From contig NW_026943824.1 of the NCBI RefSeq assembly GCF_035594765.1, positions 8,078,317-8,142,316 on the forward strand: a stretch of DNA of 64,000 nt, read 5' to 3'. This document shows positions 54,501-64,000 of the stretch, piece after piece. Source of the stretch: Anolis carolinensis (lineage: Eukaryota). Below the pieces are notes generated by a model, which saw nothing but the letters and a program-made list of their open reading frames with translations, made no database searches and was not told the origin of the DNA. The translations under genes were made by a program, and so were the position numbers. Each line of letters starts with the position of its first letter. Position 1 is the stretch's first letter.

Positions 54501-57163
54501 GCCCTGGGGCTGGTGTCTCCTTCACGGTGACTGCCTCCTTCACAGGTGAGTGGGAAGGGGCCCGCCAAAAAGGCAGAGCCTTGCTCTTGCAGGCCCTTCT
54601 GGGCATGCGCTAACCCCCGGGGTCATGGCCATCCTTCCCTTGCAGCCTGCTGGCCAGGGGGCCCCAGCTCCTTCCTGAGCTTCTTCCAGAGCCTGAACCG
54701 GAGCCAGGAGGTCTCTCAGCCGGGAGGCAGGCCCAGCAATGCCACGCTGCCAGCCAATACAGAGGTCGCCGACCCTCCTGGCTCCTGCCTGCGGGACCAC
54801 GCCGTCATCCGGGAGGACCTGGACATAGTCTGGGTGCGCTTCCGCATCCTGGGTGATACCAACATTCCCGTCCAGGCCCAGCTGCCCAGCCTTCTCCTCC
54901 TGAACCTCGATTCCATCGCAGACAGTGGGGGGACCCTGGTGGTGAACTTGCTGCTGAACAAGGTGAGCAGGGACCCTTGTCCTGAGTTTCCTTCGAGGGC
55001 CACTCTGCCTGAGTGCAGATTTGGGAGGCATTCCAAGCCTGGCTGCGTTTGTCCTTGCAGACCTCCCCGGGCATTGGGAACGCCACTGTCCGGGCCTGCC
55101 TGAGTGCCGCCTCCCCCGTCCTGTCTCTGAATGCCACAGAAGACTGTGAGACAGGTGAGCACGTGAGTGGCAGATCTGTTCTTTCTGCCCAGGGCCCTAT
55201 GTGGCTGGACTGTCCTTCAGGAGTCGAGGGGGGGGGGGGAGAGGCCCATGGACCTCCCTCTCTCTCCCTCTCTTCCCTTACTTCCTTCACAGCATTCTTC
55301 CAAGGCTATGGGCTAAACGTCAGTACCTCATCCCCGGAGGCCTCCCTTGTAGTCCCTTACCCAGAGTCTGACAACTGGTTCCTTTCCCTCCAGCTCGTCT
55401 GCCCTGAACCATCAGCGTGAGTCTTGACCTCTCCTGGCAGGCACCCCAAGCCTTTGGCTTAGCCTCTGCCATAGGGAGGGAAGAAGAGGCAGGGAGATAA
55501 GGGCCTTCCTAGCGGCATTGCTTTTGCCTTCCTGAGGAGGGGGTCTTGCTGCTCTCCATCCCTGTCTTTCTGGGCTCCTGCCAAAACCAAACCACTCCTA
55601 AGCTCTCCCTCACCCTCCTTCACCCCCTCCCATTGCAGGGAATGCCTCCAGGCCAAGGCCCAGCTGGTCGTCCTCGCCTACCTCAGTCCCTGCGTCGACG
55701 ACTGCGGGATGTATGGTCAATGCAGCCTCATGAGGCGCCACGGCTACCTCTATGCTGGCTGCAACTGCAAGGCCGGTAAGCAGACTCCCTGCCCCTTTGG
55801 CCTCATTGGTGCTCCTGAATGACATTGACCCTTCCTTCCTTCCTTCCCATTGGCAGGTTGGGGTGGCTGGGGTTGCACTGATGGCACCAAAGCCCAGAGC
55901 CTGGGGGCCCAGACGCTGGCCATCCTCCTGCTAACACTCAGCAACCTCCTCTTCTTGCCAGCCATCGTGGTGGCCCTGCATCGCTACCACCTGGTGGAAG
56001 CCGCCGTCTACACCTTCACCATGTTCTTCTCCGCAGTAAGTCCTAGCTTCCCGCTTTGAGTGGGAGAAGGGCTTTCTGGTTCTTGATTCAAGACATGAGC
56101 CAAGCCAGGTGGGGAGCCTGCTGGCTTGGGTCCCAGCGGCTGGCTTTGCCTTCTAACCATTCCCTTTTCTACCCATTTCCGCGGGGGCAGTTCTACCATG
56201 CCTGTGACCAGCCTGGCGTTGTGGTCTTCTGCATCATGGATTACGACACGCTGCAGTACTGTGACTTCCTGGGCTCTGTTGTCTCCTTATGGGTGACCAT
56301 TCTCTGCATGGCCCGAATCAAAACGATGCTGAAATACGTATGTCTGCAGGGATGGCACCAAGGCGGTGGAGGGTGGGACATGTGTTTGTATGTTCTGAAA
56401 GAACCAGAGCGGCTGTAATCGGAATCCTGGAACACATGCGGAAGGGCTGGCCTCTCCTCACTCTTGGCTGAGCCTTCTGGCTTTGTGTGGGGCTGACTCC
56501 TCCTTGTGTTGCCTTGCCATTTCAGGTCCTTTGTGTGCTGGGGACCCTCTTCATCGCCATGTCTCTGAGCCTGGACCGCAGAGGGGTCTGGAACATGTTG
56601 GGGCCCAGCCTTGTCGCCCTCACCATCATGACCAGCGCATGGGTAAGCGGCCCAGACCTCGGCTCTTTGCTAGACCTGCTTCCTAACTGGCAGTTGGTTC
56701 TTGTGTCCTTGAGGTGCTCCCTTTGGTCAAACATAACCGCGAGAAGGGTCCTGTGGAGTGCTGGGGGCAGGGGGTGCAGGGAGAACCTCTCTGGCACCGG
56801 CTTATTCATTTGTGACTCCATGGCACCCACCACCATCTCCTTCTCCTCCTCCTGCGGCAGGTTTTCCGCTGTGTGAACCGGCGCCACTGCTACCCGCCCT
56901 CCTGGAGGCGGTGGGCCTTTTTCCTCCTCCCCGGGGTCGGCCTGGCCCTCGTGGCCGGATCAGTGTATGCCCTCACGGAGACCTCTGAGAACTACTACTA
57001 CACGCACAGCCTGTGGCACATGCTGGTGGCCACCAGCCTGGTCTTCCTCCTCCCACCGGGAGAGAAGCAGCAGGAGTCCTGGTCATGGTCTTGGTCCCGC
57101 AAGCTGTTCTGCCGCTACGAGATCTGCCAAAATGACCGGGATGAGATGTACACTGCGACGTGA
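48539..57163 (+). CDS. TMEM8A: Post-GPI attachment to proteins 6 / transmembrane protein 8A
   Basis: Exons 48539-48656 (signal peptide), 52921-53098, 53218-53425, 53519-53649, 54280-54545, 54646-54962, 55061-55154, 55293-55416, 55639-55775, 55857-56035, 56191-56337, 56526-56642, 56861-57163. EGF-like domain (CNCKAGWGGWGCTD) and CREST motifs (LSNLLFLP, FYHACDQP, LQYCDF, NYYYTHSLWH). Confidence 0.94.
48780..50738. mobile_element. hAT element hosting nested insertions
   Basis: CAGGGGTCCTCAAAC...GTTTGGGGACCCCTG termini with perfect TSD GTCTAGAT. Confidence 0.85.
49022..50187 (+). mobile_element. Two head-to-tail Helitrons (49022-49660, 49661-50187)
   Basis: TC...hairpin-CTAG|TC...hairpin-CTAG with no TSD. 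The first copy carries a Tc1 MITE at 49185-49508. Confidence 0.85.
50748..51235 (+). mobile_element. CR1 LINE 3' fragment
   Basis: MIKGLKNKPYDERLKELG peptide and CR1 3' UTR ending ATTCTGTGATTC. Confidence 0.85.
51236..51630. repeat. Polypyrimidine (TTCC)n/(TTTC)n tract
   Basis: Seen directly. Other simple repeats: (TA)n(CA)n 26229-26301, (AAT)n 41549-41597, (CTAT)n 46133-46180, (GTAGAG)n about 15066-15090. Confidence 0.9.
51893..52645 (-). mobile_element. CR1 LINE 3' fragment
   Basis: EKDIGVLVD...QCDAAAKKANGILACI...LVRPHLE...[13 protein letters not shown]...RRLRGDMI. Confidence 0.92.
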
Positions 57164-57612
57164 CACTCCTGGCTTTCTTGTCCGGAGCTCCCAGCCTCCT
57201 CTCTCCAGCCCGACCCTCCTTCCCTTTCTCCAGGCAGAAGGACCACCACAGGGCCCTCATCCAGGGACTCTTCCTGAGGTGCCAAGCGGCTCAGCATGGG
57301 GCTGGTCAACCAGACTCTGGGCTTGATTGCTTTTCCTTGGGAGCTCTGAAAACACCAGAAACCGCCAGCCTGCCCTGGGCCCTTCTTCCTCTTGAAAGGC
57401 CAGCACTTGGGCTCTGGGAGCTTTTGGCCCTTGATGCGGGTTCTCTTTGGGGAAAGTGGCCAAGGTCCCTGAAGGGCTGCCTGGGAGGGACCGACTCCTG
57501 GAGCCCTGCCTTAAGCCTTGCTTGGGGCCCCTCGCTTGTGCGGCAGGGACCTCGAATGAGAAAAGACACCTCAGGAAGAGCCTCAGCCGCTGAAGCTCAC
57601 ACAGTTCAGTCC

Positions 57613-58380
57613 GTCACTTTCTCTTTTAGTTCGTTGTGTTTGTTTGTTTTTTAAAAGCCACAGAAATGCCCTTGATCTTTATTTTTTTATGTGTGTTTTT
57701 ATTTAATTAAAACTGCTGCTTGCACTTGTTGTGTCTCTTTGGGTTTTTTTAAGTGGGTTTCCAGGTATCCAGTTAAAAGCAATTAAAATGTTGGATTGCT
57801 GTGAGTTTTCCAGGCCATGTTCCAGAAGCATTCTCTCTTGATGTTTTGTCCACATCTATGGTTGAGAGGTCTGTTGAAAACTAGGCAAGTGGGGTTGATA
57901 TATCTGTGAAAGGTCCAGGGTGGAAGAAAACTCTTGTCTGTTGGAGGCAAGCGTGAATGGTGCAATTAATCAATTTGATTACCATTGAATAGCTGTCACT
58001 TTCTCTTTTAGATCATTGTGTTTGTTTGTTTTTAAAAAGCCACAGAAATGCCCTTGATCTTTTTTTTTTTAATGTGTGTTTTTATTTAATTAAAATTGCT
58101 GCTTGCACTTGTTGTGTCTCTTTGGTTTTGTTTTTAAAAGTGGGTTTCCAGGTATCCAGTTAAAAGCAATTAAAATGATGGGTTGCTGTGAGTTTTCCAG
58201 GCCATGTTCCAGAAGCATTCTCTCCTGATGTTTCGCCCACATCTATGGTTGTGAGCTCTGTTGGAAACTAGGCAAGTGGGGTTGATATATCTGTGAAAGG
58301 TCCAGGGTGGAAGAAAACTCTTGTCTGTTGGAGGCAAGTGTGAATGGTGCAATTAATCGATTTGATTACCATTGAATAGT
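57613..58380 (+). repeat. About 382-bp tandem duplication at the TMEM8A 3' end
   Basis: Unit GTCACTTTCTCTTTTAG...ACCATTGAATAG begins at 57613 and again at 57995. Confidence 0.9.
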
Positions 58381-58519
58381 CTTTCAGCTTCAAGGCCTGG
58401 CTGATTCCTGCTTAGGGGAATCCTTTGTTGGGAGGTGTTAGCTGGCCCTGATTGTTTCATGTCTGGAATTCCCGTTTACAGTGTTGTTCTTTATTTACTG
58501 TTCTGATTTTCTCTCTCTG

Positions 58520-58985
58520 TCGCATAGTCGCTTCTGACTCTTCGTGACCTCATGGCCCAGTCCACGCCAGAGCTCCCTGTCGGCCGTCGCCGCCCCCAGT
58601 TCCTTCAAGGTCAAGCCAGTCACCTCAAGGACTGGCTTGATACTGTCCATCTATCTTGCCCTTGGTCGGCCTCTCTTCCTTTTTCCTTCCATTTTCCCCA
58701 GCATCATGCTCTTCTCCAAGCTTTCTCATGATGTGGCCAAAATACTTCATCTTTGCCTCTAATATCCTTCCCTCCAGTGAGCAGCCATTTGGCATTATTT
58801 CCTGGATGATGGACTGGTTGGATCTTCTTGCCAAGGTCCAAGGCACTCTCAGGATTTTCCTCCAGCACCAGAGTTCAAAAGCGTCTCTCTTCCTTCGCTC
58901 AGCCTTCCTTATGGTCCAGTTCTCGCAACCATAGGTTACTATGGGGAATACCATTGCTTTGACTATGCGGACCTTGGTTGCCAGT
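58520..58985 (-). mobile_element. RTE-BovB LINE 3' fragment
   Basis: MVFPIVTYGCENWTIRKAERRKRDAFELWCWRKILRVPWT...RSNQSI...KYFGH. Confidence 0.88.
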
Positions 58986-59531
58986 GATTTTAAGGTAAAG
59001 GTTTTCCCCTGACGTTAAGTCCAGTCATGTCTGACTCTGGGGGTTGGTGCTCATCTCCATTTCTAAGCCGAAGAGCCAGTGTTGTCCGTAGTCATGTGGC
59101 CGGCATGACTGCAAGGAGCGCCGTTACCTTCCCGCTGGAGAGGTACCTATTGATCTACTCACATTGGCATGTTTTTGAACTGCTAGGTTGGCAGGAGCTG
59201 GAGTTAACAGCAACCGCTCCCGCCGTTCCCGGAGATTGAACCTGGGACCTTTCGGTCTCCAGCTCAGTGTTTTAATGCACTTCGCCACCAGGGCTCCTGC
59301 CAGTGATTTTAGGACAGTATTTATTTACTGTCCTGAAAACATTTCCTCATTTTGGCTCACAGCCCCTTTCCTAGAGATTATACCAGGCATGGGCCAACTT
59401 GGGCCTTCCCTCCAGATGTTTTTGGACTTCAACTCCCACAATTCCTAACAGCCTCAGGCTCCTTCCTTTTCCCCCTCAGCCGGTTATACTCTCTCATCCT
59501 TAAGGAGGGAAACCATTTCTAAGGAATCGCT

Positions 59532-59660
59532 GTTGCCATGGAGAAATTACTCTAACTTAGGCTCGGCAGCTGGAAGTAGGCCGCAGCCGGGCCCGCCTCT
59601 CGTTGTCATGGCAACGTTTGGGCCAATGGGAGCGTGAGAGTAAGTCACGAGCGCTTCCGG
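59532..59660 (+). promoter_or_regulatory. MRPL28 promoter: RFX X-boxes, CCAAT, ETS
   Basis: GTTGCCATGGAGAA 59532-59545, GTTGTCATGGCAAC 59602-59615, CCAAT about 59623, CTTCCGG about 59654. Confidence 0.55.
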
Positions 59661-59686
59661 GTTCAGCGGCGGAGGAGGAGGCAGCC

Positions 59687-62600
59687 ATGCCGCTGCACAA
59701 GGTGCCTCCGCGTCTGTGGGACGCGCTGCGGCTGGAGCAAGGCATCGCCGCCCGGCTCCCGGCTCACGTCCGGCGCGTTCTGCGGGAAGAGGCCTCTGCG
59801 TGCCAGCCCTCCTCCGCGGCGCCCGCCGTCCATTGGCGCCCGCGCGGGGTCCGCTACGTCCAGCGTTACGAGGGCGCCCCCCGGTGGCACCGGCAGCGCG
59901 TGCAGGACGTGCCCGTGCAGCCCTACTTCCCGCCCGAGAGCCAGCAGGGCCTCTGGGGCGGCGAGGGATGGGTCTCCGGCTTCCGCTACGCCAAGAACGA
60001 CAAGGTATTGTCTCAGGCTTTCATGACCCCATTCACCACGTTGCTGTGAGTTTTCCGGGCTGTATGGCCATGTCCTAGAAGCATTCTCTCCTGACGTTTC
60101 GCCCACATATATGGCAAGCATCCACAGAGCTTGTGAGTTCTGTTGGAATCTAGGCAAGTGAGGTGTATATTATCTATGACATTCCACAGATGTATAAACC
60201 CCACTTGCCTAATTTCCAACAGACTTCTATGCCTGCCATAGATGTGGGCGAAACGTCAGGAGAGAATGCTTCAGGGACATGGCCATGCAGCCCGGAAAAC
60301 TAAAATGATCAAGGGTCTGGAGAACAAACCCTATGAGGAGCAGCTTAAAGAACCAGGCATGTTTAGCCTGCAGAAGAGAAGGCTAAGAGGAGACATGATA
60401 GCCATGTATAAATATGTGAGGGGAAGTCATAGGGAGGAGGGAGCAAGCTTGTTTGCTGCTGCCCTGGAGACTAGGATGCAGAACAATGGCTTCAAACTAC
60501 AGGAAAGAAAGGAGATTCCAACTGAACATCAGGAAGAACTTCCTGACTGTGAGAGCTGTTCAGCAGTGGAACTCTCTGCCCCGGCATATGGCGGAGGCTC
60601 CTTCTCTGGAGGCTTTTAAGCAGAGGCTGGATGGCCATCTCTCGGGGGTGCTTTGAATGCAATTTCCTGCTTCTTGCAGGGGGTTGGACTGGATGGCCCA
60701 TGAGGTCTCTTCCAACTCTACTATTCTATGATTTTATGAAAACTCACAGCAATTCAGCAACATGGTAGGCCCGAAGAAGGGAGGGAGGCCCTGCTTGACC
60801 ACCGCTCTCCTTCCTTCTTTCCTGCAGCTCTCAAACCGAGTGAAGAAGATCTGGAAGCCGCAGCTCTTCACACGGGAGCTCTACAGTGAGATCCTGGACC
60901 GGAAGCTGATCATCACGGTCACGGCACGGACGCTGGACCTCATTGACGCCGCCTTCGGGCTGGACTTCTACCTCCTGAAGGTCAGGGCCCCTCCCCTCTG
61001 CGGCCTCAGCTCTTCTTCTCCACGCTGATACATCACAGGGATGTGTATTTAATTTCACTGTACGATGTACAATAACAATAAAGTCATTCTATCCTATTCC
61101 CTCTCCTCACAGACGCCGAAGGCTGAGCTGTGCTCCAAGCTGGGTATGGACCTGAAGCGCACGCTGCTGTTGCGCCTGGCCAGGAAGGACCCTTCCCTGC
61201 ACCCGCAGGACCCTGCCCGTCGGGAGGCTATCTATGCCAAGTACAAGGTGGGCCCCCACCAGGGAACCTTCTTTGCGCTTTCTGCTCCCCCAAGAAAAGG
61301 AGCTCCCCAACACTATGCCTCCCGTTCCGTTGAGCACCTTCTCAAAATCTGGCAGCCTAAGAACAGCAGGGAGTTAACCAGAATTGTCCTTCTAAAACAG
61401 TGATTCCCCAAGTGGGTGCTACTGCCCCCTGGTGGGCACTGCAGCGATCCAGGGGGGCGGTGATGGCACCTATTAGGACACAGGGGCGGGGCCAGGGGAG
61501 GGGCCTCTTCCCAAGTGCCGGAGACAGGGCTGAGCATCTAAGGCGCCTCTTAGGACACAGTGGGCGGAGCTAGAGGAGTGGGTGTGGCTTCTTCCCAAGA
61601 GCCCAAGACAGGGCTGAGAATCTATACCTCTCCTGAAGCACTTGTTGGGACACAGAGGGCGGAGCTAGGGAAGGGGGCGGGGCCTCCTCCCAAGAGCCCT
61701 AGACAGGGCTGAGCCTCTATACCTCTCCTGAGAGGCCTTTTAGGACTAAAGGGCGTGGCTAGGGGCGGGGCCGATTCCCAAGAGTACAAGACAGGGCTGA
61801 GCCTCTGTATACCTCCCGAGGCACTTGTTAAAACATGGGGGCTTGGGAAGAGGCCCCACCCCCTCCTCTAATCCCGCCTCCTGTGTCCCTGCAGGTACCG
61901 CAGGACAGGGATAGAAGCTCAGCCCTGCATCAGAGCTCGTAACTCCGCCCATCCCAGTCCTGACTGCCCATTTGTGGCCCCGCCCACCTACCCCTCCCAG
62001 CCCTGCATCTTGGACTAGGGGAGAAGCTCAGCCCCCCATCTTGGGCAAGTGCCACACCCACCCCTCTAAGCCACGCCCCCTTTCCAGGGGATGCTGAGTA
62101 ATATTTTTTTCTGGAAAGGGGGCGGTAGGCCAAATAAGTTTGGGAACCACTGCTCTAAAACAAAAACAAGGCCCTGGGGCTGAACCTGGCCCTCCATGCC
62201 CTTTGGCATGGCCCTCCTCCAGATCCTGGACTCCAACATTAGAAGTCTTCCTCCTCATTAGAAATCGTGACTAGAGCTGATGGGAGTTGGCATCCAGTCA
62301 CAGGCCCCCAGGTCGACACAGCATGGCCTTGGGTGTCTCTGGAGGCCATGCAGCATAGGCTTCCAAGTCCTATGGGGTGCTCTGCTGCAGCCTGGCTCCT
62401 GCTGAGTCTCCTTGCCGTTAATGCCTTTGTCTGCTTTGCGCCCGCAGGAGTTTGTCATCCCAGAGGAAGAAGCTGAGTGGGTTGGCCTGACCTTGGAAGA
62501 AGCCATAGAAAAGCAGCGAGTTCTGGAGAAGAAGGTAGGCCTGGCTTGAATTGAGCCTCGCATTGGCTTCCATGTTCTGGGTTGGGAGGCTGGTCTTGCA

Positions 62601-62977
62601 GAGGAAGGGACAGGCAAAACCACCTCTGAGTATTCCTTGCCGAAGACATTCTTAGGCATCTTGGAGGCAGCTAAACATTTGCAGAGGCGAGTTCCAGCAA
62701 GCTCTGGCTCATCTGTCTGTTCCAGGGAATCCCTTGTGGAGCAGGGCTCTATGGGTGGCTTCCTGCTGTTGCATCAACCTCTTGACCCTTCCCCGAGTTT
62801 CCTTTGTTTCCCGGTCAGAGGCTGCTGTGATGCCTAACGTAACAGCCATCTTTCTTCTGTCTTTCTGTCTCTGTGTCTTAGGATCCCGTTCCCCTCTTCA
62901 AGGTCTATGCAGAAGAGCTGATGCAGCAGTTTCAGGAACAGAGGCTATCGGAGTCTGCTGAAGGCCAGAAGCCCTGA
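59687..62977 (+). CDS. MRPL28: Mitochondrial ribosomal protein bL28m
   Basis: Exons 59687-60004, 60828-60980, 61113-61247, 62448-62534, 62882-62977. Peptides [72 protein letters not shown] at 63175-63180. Confidence 0.95.
60302..60738 (+). mobile_element. CR1 LINE 3' fragment
   Basis: [17 protein letters not shown]...RRLRGDMI...[17 protein letters not shown] with an ATTCTATGATT tail. Confidence 0.9.
61398..62152 (-). mobile_element. GC-box-rich non-autonomous hAT element (copy 2)
   Basis: CAGTGATTCCCCAA...TTGGGAACCACTG termini, TSD TTCTAAAA/CTCTAAAA. Confidence 0.8.
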
Positions 62978-64000
62978 GGAGGGGCAGCCCCTTTGGACTT
63001 GGTGGACATCTCATTCCCTTTGGGTTCAGTGGAATGGGGTGATGCTTCAGAGCATGGCTGGATCTGGGGCTGTCTGGGAGGAAGGAAGGTGTGGGGCCCT
63101 TCTAAGGGGGGAGTTGTGGTGAAGGGCGCACACCTGAGGTGTGCTGTCCTGAACAGCCCTTGAGCGGCAGCACTAATAAAAACAAGCTTGCTCTCTCCTT
63201 GTGGCTTGTGGGTCTCTCCTTGACCCGACTGATGAGAGAAGTAACTCTTGATCCCTTGTGGCACCTGGAACAGGCTCTGTTTGTGTGGTTTGAGGGGGGG
63301 GGGGTTGTTAAGGAGAGTCTAGAACAGGCCTCTCCAACCTGCGGCCATCCGGGAGTTGGGGCCTCCAACTCCCAAAAGCCTTAGCCAGCTTGTGTTGTCG
63401 AAGGCTTTAATGGCCGGGATCACAGGGTTGTTGTATGTTTTCCGGGCTGTATGGCCATGTTCCAGAAGTATTCTCTCCTGACGTTTCGCCCACATCTATG
63501 GTAGGCATCCTCAGAGGTTGTGAGGTATGAAGAAACTAAGCAAGGAAGGTTTATATATATCTGTGGAAAGTCCAGGGTGAGAGAAGAACTCTTTGTCAGT
63601 TGGAGGCCCAGTCCTGCTTGTTTAAGGGATTCTGGGAGTTGAAGTTCAACAGCTAGAGGGGCACAGGTTGGAGAGGCCTGCTCTAAAAGAAGAGTACTTC
63701 TAGAGAAAAATGCAGGGCTCCCTGGATTATTTCCTGCACTTGTCAGGCTTTGATCTCTTTGGAATGGCAGTGGTTTCTTCTGGGTGCCTCTGGCAGTTGC
63801 AAAGTACCTTGCGGCCACCCCTTGCTCCCAGCCACTTGCTCTAGTGGCAAGATATATGCTTTGGGTGTATTGGGTCCATCATTTTGGCTGAGCAGCAAGG
63901 CTGGGGTGATCCCTTGGCATTTGCAACCGGGGACGTGCTTGCTTTGCCCAGAGGAGGGGTCCTGAGGGAGTCCGCCTTCCTGCTGGGGCTTTGCGGTGGG

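Overview
Vertebrate genomic DNA, inferred to be a squamate and probably an Anolis lizard (Sauria SINEs, CR1, BovB, Penelope-like, hAT/Tc1 MITEs and Helitrons). It spans the ancestral alpha-globin locus in very compact form: GTF3C1 (3' part, +), POLR3K (-), SNRNP25 (+), RHBDF1 (-), MPG (+), NPRL3 (-), one alphaD-type globin (+), globin Y (-), TMEM8A/PGAP6 (+) and MRPL28 (+). Exon boundaries were read by hand from splice signals and frame continuity. An HS-40/MCS-R2-like erythroid enhancer lies in the expected NPRL3 intron. The most unusual observations are: an inverted copy of the GbY promoter/leader inside MPG intron 1; a possible myristoylatable N-terminal extension of GbY; a perfect 32-bp-stem hairpin in an NPRL3 intron; POLR3K and SNRNP25 start codons only 30 bp apart; a solo LTR between the enhancer and the globin promoter; three GC-AG introns; and Cys at alpha119. 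There is one assembly gap (25258-25504). No database searches were run; gene and repeat names come from recognising the sequences.
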